Shown one piece after another: positions 1-8,826 of a stretch of DNA of 64,000 nt (the stretch's first letter is position 1; each line of letters begins with the position of its first letter). Below the pieces are notes generated by a model, which was not told where the DNA came from, did not search any database, and saw only the letters and a program-made list of their open reading frames with translations. Source of the DNA: Acholeplasmataceae bacterium (GTDB lineage: Bacteria > Bacillota_I > Bacilli_A > Acholeplasmatales > UBA5453); NCBI GenBank assembly GCA_012522345.1, contig JAAYKO010000040.1, positions 386 through 64,385 of the forward strand. Direction: 5' to 3'. The position numbers were made by a program, and so were the translations under genes.

Positions 1-853
1 TCTCTAATTTAAGCATCCAGTAAACTAAGGCAAAACCAACAAAAAGTAAAGCTGCACCAATAATCCACTGAGGATAATTAAATGAAGTGATTTTAAACTG
101 TTTATTCAGTAAAATCATAATCGCAAAAGGTGAAGCAAAAAGCATTCCTGTCACACTAAAATAAAATTGTGATTCAAATTTTGTTAATAAAGCTTTTACA
201 GCTTTTAAAGCGAATATTACACCGATTAAAAACCCAACTACTAAAACTACAAAAGGTAAAATGTAGGGAATAATTTCTTTAAATTGAAAATAAGCTAGAT
301 GGGTGAAAACACTTTTACCCATCGCTAGGATGTGACCATAATAGCCTAATATCACAAGCATCATTGAGCCGCTTATTCCGGGTGCTATTGCTGAAAAGGC
401 AACAATTAAACCGAGGATAAATAAAATTAGATAATAAAGAAAACCATCATGAATTTTGGAAGATGAATTTAATAGTGGTAAAGTTATTATTACTGCAAAG
501 CTAATGATGAGAATTACAATATTTAATAGATTAAAATTGTTTTTTAACTTGTTTAAAATTGGTTTTATGCCTCCAAACAGCAGGCCAATAAAGAGTAATG
601 AAAGGGCTAATGGATATGCTTCATAGGCATAACTTAAAAGAATGAAACTACCTAAGATGCCAAGAAAAATTCCAACCAAGATTTCCCAGACAGAGAGAAT
701 CGCTTTGATTGGATGTTTTAAAAAAAGGTTAGCAGCGTTGACTAAACGTTCATAGAGTTCAAAAATAACCATTAAAGTGCCGCCGCTAACTCCAGGTATT
801 ACATTGGCTGTTCCGATTAAAAACCCTTTTATTCCTGAAAATAATTTATTCAT
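1..853 (-). CDS. DUF368-family polytopic membrane protein (PopT-type polyprenyl-phosphate transporter family); the 3' end runs off the window
   Basis: My own translation from the ATG at 853 gives MNKLFSGIKGFLIGTANVIPGVSGGTLMVIFELYERL..., with a second half-repeat ...SAIAPGISGSMMLVILGYYG... The duplicated PG(V/I)SG(G/S) motif in a very hydrophobic protein is the DUF368 hallmark. It is absent from the ORF track because it has no stop codon in the window. Its start overlaps the HPr stop. Confidence 0.7.
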   Translation of the reverse strand, partial: MNKLFSGIKGFLIGTANVIPGVSGGTLMVIFELYERLVNAANLFLKHPIKAILSVWEILVGIFLGILGSFILLSYAYEAYPLALSLLFIGLLFGGIKPILNKLKNNFNLLNIVILIISFAVIITLPLLNSSSKIHDGFLYYLILFILGLIVAFSAIAPGISGSMMLVILGYYGHILAMGKSVFTHLAYFQFKEIIPYILPFVVLVVGFLIGVIFALKAVKALLTKFESQFYFSVTGMLFASPFAIMILLNKQFKITSFNYPQWIIGAALLFVGFALVYWMLKLE

Positions 854-1121
854 CAATTTTTGCTAGTCCATTTTCAATTAAAAGATTTTTGATTTTCTCC
901 ATCGCTAACTGCTCATCGCCGCCATTAATCTCAAGAGTAAAAGATTGACCTCGATACATCCCGAGGCTCATTAAGCCCATGATTGATTTCATGTCAATAG
1001 TACGGTTGTTAGCAGTCACTTTTATTTCCGACATAAACTGATCAGCTACAATAACAAGTTCTGTTGCTGGTCGAGCATGGATTCCTTTTTCACTAACTAC
1101 TACAAAATTCTTTTTTATCAT
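846..1121 (-). CDS. ptsH: Phosphocarrier protein HPr
   Basis: 91 aa. Contains the His15 motif KGIHARPAT and the Ser46 regulatory motif KSIMGLMSLG. The RBS GGGGGA lies upstream. Confidence 0.95.
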   Translation of the reverse strand: MIKKNFVVVSEKGIHARPATELVIVADQFMSEIKVTANNRTIDMKSIMGLMSLGMYRGQSFTLEINGGDEQLAMEKIKNLLIENGLAKIDE

Positions 1122-1471
1122 AATATCCCCCTTAAATCTTTAACTATTTCTTCTGTGTTTGTCTTAAAGGTTACAACAAGTCTATTTTTTGAAGTAAATA
1201 TTCCATTAGTATATTCTTTAAGCTCTTCCAATTTAACTCTTTTTAAATCTTTTACTTCGATTCTAACTCGACTTTGAACTTGTTCTACACTAACGATGTT
1301 GTCCCGGCCTATTAATCCAATAATCGCTTCTGTTTCTACTAATAAAGGCTTTTTTGTTTGGCTAGTCTTTTTAAAGAAAAAAACTAGCAAGAAAACAATC
1401 CCAACCAATAATAAAAGGCCAATAACGCCAAGAGCAATTTTTAATTCAATTGATATCAATGCAGAAATCAT
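1118..1471 (-). CDS. Membrane-anchored PTS EIIB(Glc)-like domain protein lacking the active-site Cys
   Basis: An N-terminal TM helix (LKIALGVIGLLLLVGIVFLLVFFF) is followed by IIGLIGRDNIVSVEQVQSRVRIEVKDLKRV. This aligns residue-for-residue with the EIIB signature N-I-x5-C-x-T-R-L-R, but with Val where the Cys should be. The likely start is the ATG at 1471, 9 nt after the RBS GTGAGG. The track start at 1486 is a GTG inside that RBS. An ATGA overlap links it to ptsH. Confidence 0.6.
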   Translation of the reverse strand: MISALISIELKIALGVIGLLLLVGIVFLLVFFFKKTSQTKKPLLVETEAIIGLIGRDNIVSVEQVQSRVRIEVKDLKRVKLEELKEYTNGIFTSKNRLVVTFKTNTEEIVKDLRGIL

Positions 1472-1580
1472 ATTTTGCAACCTCACTTTATTATAATTAA
1501 AAATTTAAATATTTACAAGTGAAATTCTTTGTTGTAGTGTTATAATAGTAATTAATAGATAAACTAATAGGAGTAATTCA

Positions 1581-2402
1581 ATGACCACTTTTATTGAGTA
1601 TTTAAAATACGCTTTATTGGGATTAATTCAAGGAATCGCTGAAATTCTTCCAATCTCTTCTTCAAGCCATTTAATGTTGTTTCAACATCTTTTAAAAGTT
1701 GACTCACCGGGACTAACATTTGAAATGTTTACCAATATGGCTTCTTTTATAGCTTTATTAGTTTTTTTTCGCAAAGAAATTCTTTCACTGCTTAAAAGTT
1801 TTTTTTCTTACATTTTTAAGAAAAATGAACGCTCTGAAAATAAAAAGCAATTCTATTATGTTATTAAACTAGTTATCGCAATTCTTCCAATTGGGATTTT
1901 AGGATTAATCTTTAAAGATCAAATTGAAAATCTTAAAAGTTTACTCTTTGTTGGAATTGGTCTTTTTATCACAGGTTCACTGCTTCTAGTTACTTATTTT
2001 ACTCGTAATTTAAGAAAAGAACTCGCTGAGGTTTCATTCGCTTCAAGTGCTTTAATCGGTTTTTCTCAAGCTTTTTCACTACTACCTGGGATTTCACGAA
2101 GTGGTTCAACTATTGTAAGTGGTAGAGCTACTAATCTTTCTTTAAAAACAATTTTAACTTTCTCTTTTTTATCGTATGTTTTAATCAGTTTGCCGATAAG
2201 TGTTTTAAGCATCTACGATGCGTTAAAAGCGAGTGAACAGATTAATATTGGTGGCTTTATTACAGCCTTTATCATTACATTTTTAGCGACATTTTTTACT
2301 GCTAAGATAGTAATGAAAAGACTTAAAATAAAACATCTAATTTATTTTGGAATCTATTGTCTTTTAATCAGCAGCCTAGCGCTTGTTTTACACTTTATTT
2401 AA
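1581..2402 (+). CDS. uppP: Undecaprenyl-diphosphate phosphatase (BacA/UppP)
   Basis: 273 aa, polytopic. Contains the BacA motifs AEILPISSSSHL and LPGISRSGSTIVSG. Confidence 0.9.
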   Translation: MTTFIEYLKYALLGLIQGIAEILPISSSSHLMLFQHLLKVDSPGLTFEMFTNMASFIALLVFFRKEILSLLKSFFSYIFKKNERSENKKQFYYVIKLVIAILPIGILGLIFKDQIENLKSLLFVGIGLFITGSLLLVTYFTRNLRKELAEVSFASSALIGFSQAFSLLPGISRSGSTIVSGRATNLSLKTILTFSFLSYVLISLPISVLSIYDALKASEQINIGGFITAFIITFLATFFTAKIVMKRLKIKHLIYFGIYCLLISSLALVLHFI

Positions 2403-3411
2403 GAAACATTGCATCGCCAAAAGAAAAGAAACGGTAGTCTTTTAAAATAGCTTCTTGATAAGCCTTTAAAATATGTTCTTTAGTTGAAAAGGCACTAACT
2501 AAAAGTAATAGTGTTGATTTTGGTAAATGAAAGTTTGTTATTAAAGCATCGATAACCTTAAATTTATAGTTGGGATAAATGAAAATATCTGTTGTAAAAA
2601 AACCAGCTTTAAAACCACCATTAAAGTTTGATTCTAAAGCGCGAACTACAGTAGTGCCAACAGCAATCATTCTTTTTTTGTTTTTTAAGGCAGCATTTAA
2701 TTTGTTTTTAACATTTTCACTAATATAATAGCGTTCACAATGCATTTTATGATTAGCGATATCTTCTTCTAAAATAGGTCTAAATGTCCCCAATCCGACA
2801 TGAAGAGTAATTTCAATAATCTCTACTCCTAAAGACTTTATCTTAGTCAATAATTCTTTTGTAAAATGAAAGCCTGCTGTTGGAGCGGCAACACTTCCAG
2901 GATTTTTCGCATAAACTGTTTGATAGCGCTCTTTATCGACAAGTTTTTCATAAATATAAGGTGGTAACGGCATTTGACCAAGTTGCTCAAGGACTTCTAA
3001 AAATATTCCTTGATAAATCATTTCATATAAAATAATCCCTTCACCTAAATTTTCTAAACATCGCGCCTTTAGAAGGCCATCCCCAAAACTTATTATTTGG
3101 TTTTTCTTAACTCTTTTGGCTGGTTTGGTTAAACACTGCCAGAGATTGTTTTCATTTTCTAAGAGTAGTAATTCAACAACACCACCAGTATCTTGTTTCT
3201 CACCGATCAATCGAGCCGGAATAACTTTACTGTTGTTGATGATTAAACAGTCATTTTCCGTAAATTCTGCTAAAACTTGATAAAATAAATGATGCTCAAT
3301 CATCCCAGTCTTTCGATCCATTATCATTAGCTTTGAGTGGTCCCGCTTATCTGTCGGATGTTGAGCTATTTTTTCTTGTGGCAAAGGATAATCAAATTCT
3401 TGAGTTTTCAT
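2395..3411 (-). CDS. queA: S-adenosylmethionine:tRNA ribosyltransferase-isomerase
   Basis: 338 aa. Shows a QueA-like N-terminus ([14 protein letters not shown]), the PLPPYI motif and the FFSFGDAM C-terminus. It sits upstream of ruvB as in Bacillus. Confidence 0.9.
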   Translation of the reverse strand: MKTQEFDYPLPQEKIAQHPTDKRDHSKLMIMDRKTGMIEHHLFYQVLAEFTENDCLIINNSKVIPARLIGEKQDTGGVVELLLLENENNLWQCLTKPAKRVKKNQIISFGDGLLKARCLENLGEGIILYEMIYQGIFLEVLEQLGQMPLPPYIYEKLVDKERYQTVYAKNPGSVAAPTAGFHFTKELLTKIKSLGVEIIEITLHVGLGTFRPILEEDIANHKMHCERYYISENVKNKLNAALKNKKRMIAVGTTVVRALESNFNGGFKAGFFTTDIFIYPNYKFKVIDALITNFHLPKSTLLLLVSAFSTKEHILKAYQEAILKDYRFFSFGDAMFLK

Positions 3412-4421
3412 TCTTCAAATAATCCTTTAAAATACTTGATATTTAATAATTGATAGCTTTTTTCAAGCGCCACACGCCCCCGAGCAGTTCTTTTAATAAA
3501 ACCTTCTTGGAGTAAATAAGGTTCATAAACATCTTCGACTGTTGTTGGCTCTTCACCGATTGAAGCACTAACCGATTCAATACCTACTGGACCACCATCA
3601 AATTTTTCAATAATCGCTTTCAGGTAGCGTTTATCAGTATGATCAAGTCCGGAATCACTAATGCCGAGTTTCCCTAATGCATGATTTGTAACTTTTAAGG
3701 TAATCTTTCCGTCACCAATAATTTCTGCAAAATCTCGGACTCTGCGAAACAATCTATTAGCAATTCTAGGAGTTCCTCTACTTCTTTTAGCTAGTTCAAT
3801 TACCGCTTTTTCTGCGATTACTGTTTCATAGACACCAGCCGTTCTTCTAACTATTTGACTCAACTCATCTTGATTATAAAATCCTAATCGCATTACAACT
3901 CCGAAACGTTCTCTAAGCGGCGCACTTAAATCACCAAATCTCGTGGTGGCTCCGATTAAAGTAAAAGGTGGCAAATCAATTCTAATTGACCTCGTTTGAG
4001 CATCTTTGCCAATCAAAATATCAATGACATAATCTTCCATCGCTGCATATAAGACCTCTTCAACAATTCGTGGTAAACGGTGAATCTCATCAATAAATAA
4101 GACATCTCCAGGATTTAAGCTTGTCAAAATAGCTGCCAAATCACCGCTTCGTTCAATTGCAGGTCCACTTGTAATTTTAATTGAAACATTCATTTCATTG
4201 GCAACAATTTGGGCAAGCGTGGTTTTACCAAGCCCTGGGGGCCCATAAAACAAAATATGGTCAATTGTCTCGCTCCGCTTTGTCGCTGCCTTAATATAGA
4301 TATCAAGCATCTCTTTGATGTCTTTTTGGCCAATATATTCAGTTAATCGTTGAGGACGAAGTGTTTTTTCTTCATCTTCTTTTAACATTAGACTTGTTAC
4401 AATCCGATCTTCTTTTTTCAT
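3408..4421 (-). CDS. ruvB: Holliday junction branch migration ATPase RuvB
   Basis: Walker [12 protein letters not shown], Walker [10 protein letters not shown], and an RuvB C-terminal winged-helix region. Overlaps queA by 4 nt. Confidence 0.96.
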   Translation of the reverse strand: MKKEDRIVTSLMLKEDEEKTLRPQRLTEYIGQKDIKEMLDIYIKAATKRSETIDHILFYGPPGLGKTTLAQIVANEMNVSIKITSGPAIERSGDLAAILTSLNPGDVLFIDEIHRLPRIVEEVLYAAMEDYVIDILIGKDAQTRSIRIDLPPFTLIGATTRFGDLSAPLRERFGVVMRLGFYNQDELSQIVRRTAGVYETVIAEKAVIELAKRSRGTPRIANRLFRRVRDFAEIIGDGKITLKVTNHALGKLGISDSGLDHTDKRYLKAIIEKFDGGPVGIESVSASIGEEPTTVEDVYEPYLLQEGFIKRTARGRVALEKSYQLLNIKYFKGLFEE

Positions 4422-4428
4422 ATTTCAC

Positions 4429-4980
4429 CTATTTTATTAGAAAGGCCAAAGCCTGCTTAATCATCTCTTCAATTGGTAAGGTATTATCAATTCTTTTTAT
4501 TGCTTTATTGATTTCTGTCCTAGAGTAACCTAAAGAAGATAGCGCCTCAATCACTTCGCTAGTTTGAAGGTTGATTATAACAACCTCTTTTGCCAGTTTA
4601 CCCTTTAAATCCAAAATAATTTGTTGAGCACTTTTAGGACCGATACCAGGAAATTTTGTTAAGTACTTTACATCTTCAACTTCAATTGCATAAATTATTT
4701 TATCTGGTTCTCCACTTGCCAAAATTGAAAGCGCACTTTTAGGACCAATGCCACTAACGCTAATTAATTTAATAAAAAGATCTCGTTCTTCTTTTGAGAG
4801 AAATCCATAAAGATTATTGATGTCTTGTCTTACATAGTGATGCGTAAAAATTGTAACTTCATTTTCTAGCTGATAGCGATAACTATTAGGAGTGATAACT
4901 AAATAGCCAATGTCGTTATTTTCAATAATTACAAATGTTGGTTCAACACCTTTAATGACACCTTTTATATATCCATACAT
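4429..4980 (-). CDS. ruvA: Holliday junction DNA helicase subunit RuvA
   Basis: 183 aa. N-terminus MYGYIKG, plus the HhH repeats SVSGIGPKSALSIL and FPGIGPKSAQQI. Adjacent to ruvB. Confidence 0.92.
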   Translation of the reverse strand: MYGYIKGVIKGVEPTFVIIENNDIGYLVITPNSYRYQLENEVTIFTHHYVRQDINNLYGFLSKEERDLFIKLISVSGIGPKSALSILASGEPDKIIYAIEVEDVKYLTKFPGIGPKSAQQIILDLKGKLAKEVVIINLQTSEVIEALSSLGYSRTEINKAIKRIDNTLPIEEMIKQALAFLIK

Positions 4981-5144
4981 TTTATCAACCTCTTTTACTA
5001 TTATATCATTTTTAAAATGTTCTTTGTTGAGAATCTTACCTAGTTTAGTTTAAGTAACTATTTCAAATTAATTCCTTGTTTTATGATAACTAGTGATGTT
5101 TTGTTTATTTAGTCACATATAATTATACCAAATAACAACAGATA

Positions 5145-5153
5145 TGTTATAAT
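5145..5153 (+). promoter_or_regulatory. Extended -10 promoter element (TGtTATAAT) for the coiled-coil gene
   Basis: TGTTATAAT lies about 27 nt upstream of the strong RBS AAAGGAGGG. The -35 region is weak. Confidence 0.4.
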
Positions 5154-5179
5154 TATTAGAGAAAAGGAGGGACATTTAA

Positions 5180-8100
5180 ATGACTGAGATTGCAAAAAAC
5201 TATCTTACTTCTCAACTCAAGCGTTTGGATGAGCTTTTTAATAATGTCCCTACCGCAAAACAGGCTTGTATCGACTTAAATCATACCTTTAAAGATACAG
5301 TTAATCAAATTGAATCCTTAAAAAAGCAAATTGAAATGTTTGATGCTGAGTTTAATGCTGCTCAAATTGAGATTATTAAAAGTCGCCATCTCTCAGTACA
5401 ACAAATTGAAAACAATTATCAGCAAGCAATTATTAGCCAAAATGATTATTATCAAGTTGAATTTGGCAAATTACCAATTCGACAAAAAGAAAATCACCAA
5501 AAAACTCAAAAAGCGATATTAGATTTAATAAAAGACCGCCGCGCCTACGGGAGTTTGATTCAAAAGGAAATTGCGGGATATAAGCGTGATAAAGCCGCAA
5601 ATGAGCAGAGTCTGGAAAAATCATTAGCTGAAAAAAAAGATAATTATTTGACTGTTCTCAGTACACTTTATGATAAGAAAACAAGCGAAACCTTTAAAAT
5701 TAACGCGAGTTATCATGAGTTGCTAACTGATTATCACCATGAAAATAAAACTCGCTTAACTCAAGAAACACTTCAACTTAATGAACAAGACCAAGTCCTT
5801 GATGAATCATTAAAATTTCATGAAAAGGACAATGTCATTGCTAGGCAAGTGTATTTTAACACCTTAACCAAGTTAAACAATAAAATAACTCAAACGCAAA
5901 ATCTATATAAGAAAATATTGAAGAAAATTGAAAAAACTTATCAAACAAAAATTGAGCAAGCTTTAAAAGAACTCGAAGCAAAAAAAGCTGAAATTGATGA
6001 GCAGACTTTAGAAATTCAAAATAATTTTGAAACTGCATTTAAACAAATTGATAACAAAAGTGATCAATTAAAAATTGAGTCAAACGAGGAAGAGCTTAAA
6101 CTTAAAAACAAATATAATCGCGATGTAACCGCGATTAATATTGAATTTCATAAGCAAAAAGATTCACATGATCAAAATTTAATTGATTTAAAGGCAGAAT
6201 ATGATAAAGCTGTCGGTCTAAATATCGATTACAAAAGAGCAGTTCGCAGTTTTAGAAATGATTATCAGCGACGCAAAAACAAAATGTTAAAGGTCTTTAG
6301 AGTTTTAGAGTCAGAGACTGAAAAACAGTTGAAAGTTCTCAAGAAAAAATATTTAGAACAAAGAATTGCCCAGAGCAAAGAAAATATTAAAAAACATGAA
6401 CAATACCGTTATCAATTGAACCTTTTAGATAGAAACAAAAACAACTCTTTAAAGTATAAAAAAGGGCTTTTTAATCATCATCAACAAAATTATGATAAAC
6501 AAATCTGTATTTTCAACAAAAAGCGAGAATTAGAAGAAAATATTATTGATGGTCGAATGCAACTTGAAATTATTCCACTCGAAAGCCAAGCATCTCTTGC
6601 AAACCATATTTATGATCTAGAAGCGAACTATCAAAGTGTGGAACAAAACTTTTGGCGTGAAAACAATCAGCGGCAAAAAGCTTTAATTGAAAAGAAATCA
6701 AAACATGCCGAAATTGATTTGATGAAAAACCGAGACAAAATTAATATAAAACATAATTATGATATTAAAATTGTTGAAATAAACAACTATTTAGACATGG
6801 AAACAGAAAAGAACAATTTAGTTTTATTAAAACGAGTTCTCCGTTATGATAAACAGATTAATGAAGCCGATTACAATATCAATGCTTTAAAAAGCAAACA
6901 TAAACAAGAACTTAAAGCTGAAAAAAGTCTTACTGAGGAAGAAAAACTTAATACCTTACAGAAAATTACTGATGAAGAGTTTAATTTAAAGGGAGCTCTT
7001 TTAAGTGCTGCCTTAGCCCACAGCATTAATAAATCAAAACTAACTTACCAAAGAGAGTTGGGCTTTGTAACTACAAAAGAGACAGTAAAAAGTGCTAGCA
7101 TCGATTACGCACGACAACAAAAAACACTCTCAAGTTATTTCCAAGTACTCAATCTTATTTGGCAAGAATCAAAAAGAATTCTTATGGCTATTAAAGATAG
7201 TTATTATTTAATCAATGACACAAAAGAGTTTAACGAAGCACTTAATTCATTTTATGAACTTCTTCTCCTGCAAAAAGATTTGCGCGATAACACAATGGAT
7301 TTTGTTAGAGAAAAAATCATCGCTCAAATGAAAACTAAAATTGAGGAACTAACTATCTCAAAATATCAAAAACAACACCAAAGCGTTTTAGATGAATATG
7401 AGAAAAATAAAAAAGCAACTTTTGAAGAAACTGCTAATTTAGAAAAGCAAATTATTGCCTATCGTGATGAAGCGAGCGTATTACAACAAAAAGCAGCAAC
7501 CCTTGAAAATCAAAACGATTTGGTTTTGCAAAATATAAAACTTATTAGAAACCAAGTCAGACAATTAAAGCGAACTAAAATCAATAAGCAACGCACCAAA
7601 ACTATTAAAAATCTTAGGACTCAGGTTAAAGCTTTTAAAAAGCAAATAGAACAAACAAATAGCGAAATAAAGCTTTTAAACTATCGAGTCGAACAAACCA
7701 AGACCCGGATTTTGATGATTGACAATTTCATCCAGTTGCAGGATACAAAATTAATAGAAATTGAAAAAAATAAAGAAAAGGCAGAAAAACAATTAAAAAT
7801 AAACCAATATTATGAAGGCGAAATCTATTATAAAAGCATTCAAAGCATTACAGATTATTATAAAAATTTCAAACAGGAAACTACCGGCTTTTTAATAACA
7901 GTTGACAATTTGTTTGACAAGTTAAAATCTAGTAAAACTACTAAAAAATCATTTCAAACACAATACCTCCGTTTACAAAGAGTTTTTAATCGGCAGCAAT
8001 CTGTTAATTCCTATTTTCAGCAAAAAATTGGCACTTTAATTGAAAAACAATATTTAGCCATCAATACTGAGCAAGAAAAGATTTCAGTCAATTTAAAACA

Positions 8101-8800
8101 AGCTCATCAAAAAACTTTATTTCATTTAACTAATTCTTACAAGAAAAAGACCCAAAAAATTAATAAAAACATCAAACAATTAAACTCTTATCGCGCAAGT
8201 GTAGTTAAATTAGCTGATTTCAAACTAAAAAAATCACTTGCAATTTTCAAAGAAAAACAAACCATCGAATTAGAACAAATGCTTAAAAATAAAGCAGAAA
8301 TTACTGCCCAAAAGAAAGCCTTAATTCAAGAACATCAAGAAATTTCTAAAGCTTTTCAACTAAATCGCAATGAACTATTATTAGCAGAAAATAACACTTT
8401 AAAAGAAAGTCTCAAAAAATCATCAAAGGCAAGCAATCTTGATGCAAAAAAAGCACAGTTAGAAATTAATCAATTAACTGAAGAGATTTACTTCGCATCA
8501 AGACGCTATTTAAAGCAATTAAACTTTTTCGCTGATAATGATGATAGCGGAAGAAAAAAACTAATTGCTAATCAAGCTTCTCAAATCAATAGGCAAAAAT
8601 CAGGCATTAGAAAAGATAGCTTAGAACTTCCAAACTATGATCGAGAACTTTCAAAAATTAGTCTTAACAGTCAAAAAGCGCAACTAAAACTTTTGCAGAA
8701 AAAAACAAAAAGCGATAAAACTATCGCCTTTGTCGAAAGAGTTCGTTATTTAATTGCTTTAGGAAAAAGAATTCTTAATATTAAAAAAGAACTATCGTAA
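5180..8800 (+). CDS. Giant coiled-coil protein of unknown function (1206 aa)
   Basis: A single uninterrupted ORF with a strong RBS (AAAGGAGGG, then 7 nt to the ATG). Composition is dominated by K/Q/E/N/L/I throughout. I see no Walker motif, signal peptide or TM segment. It is followed by a perfect hairpin terminator. Confidence 0.85.
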   Translation: MTEIAKNYLTSQLKRLDELFNNVPTAKQACIDLNHTFKDTVNQIESLKKQIEMFDAEFNAAQIEIIKSRHLSVQQIENNYQQAIISQNDYYQVEFGKLPIRQKENHQKTQKAILDLIKDRRAYGSLIQKEIAGYKRDKAANEQSLEKSLAEKKDNYLTVLSTLYDKKTSETFKINASYHELLTDYHHENKTRLTQETLQLNEQDQVLDESLKFHEKDNVIARQVYFNTLTKLNNKITQTQNLYKKILKKIEKTYQTKIEQALKELEAKKAEIDEQTLEIQNNFETAFKQIDNKSDQLKIESNEEELKLKNKYNRDVTAINIEFHKQKDSHDQNLIDLKAEYDKAVGLNIDYKRAVRSFRNDYQRRKNKMLKVFRVLESETEKQLKVLKKKYLEQRIAQSKENIKKHEQYRYQLNLLDRNKNNSLKYKKGLFNHHQQNYDKQICIFNKKRELEENIIDGRMQLEIIPLESQASLANHIYDLEANYQSVEQNFWRENNQRQKALIEKKSKHAEIDLMKNRDKINIKHNYDIKIVEINNYLDMETEKNNLVLLKRVLRYDKQINEADYNINALKSKHKQELKAEKSLTEEEKLNTLQKITDEEFNLKGALLSAALAHSINKSKLTYQRELGFVTTKETVKSASIDYARQQKTLSSYFQVLNLIWQESKRILMAIKDSYYLINDTKEFNEALNSFYELLLLQKDLRDNTMDFVREKIIAQMKTKIEELTISKYQKQHQSVLDEYEKNKKATFEETANLEKQIIAYRDEASVLQQKAATLENQNDLVLQNIKLIRNQVRQLKRTKINKQRTKTIKNLRTQVKAFKKQIEQTNSEIKLLNYRVEQTKTRILMIDNFIQLQDTKLIEIEKNKEKAEKQLKINQYYEGEIYYKSIQSITDYYKNFKQETTGFLITVDNLFDKLKSSKTTKKSFQTQYLRLQRVFNRQQSVNSYFQQKIGTLIEKQYLAINTEQEKISVNLKQAHQKTLFHLTNSYKKKTQKINKNIKQLNSYRASVVKLADFKLKKSLAIFKEKQTIELEQMLKNKAEITAQKKALIQEHQEISKAFQLNRNELLLAENNTLKESLKKSSKASNLDAKKAQLEINQLTEEIYFASRRYLKQLNFFADNDDSGRKKLIANQASQINRQKSGIRKDSLELPNYDRELSKISLNSQKAQLKLLQKKTKSDKTIAFVERVRYLIALGKRILNIKKELS

Positions 8801-8826
8801 AGGCACTGATCGAGTGCCTTTTTATT
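8800..8826. terminator. Bidirectional intrinsic terminator between the coiled-coil gene and glpK
   Basis: AAGGCACT-gatcg-AGTGCCTT, with T-runs on the plus strand and A-runs on the other side, between convergent stop codons. Confidence 0.8.

Noticed and set aside
5331-6038. Three 60-63-aa ORFs (5331..5522 plus strand, 5433..5624 minus strand, 5856..6038 minus strand) inside the giant coiled-coil gene.
   Set aside because: They are alternative-frame or antisense ORFs within a long, uninterrupted and better-supported reading frame. They have no RBS and their sequences are low-complexity.
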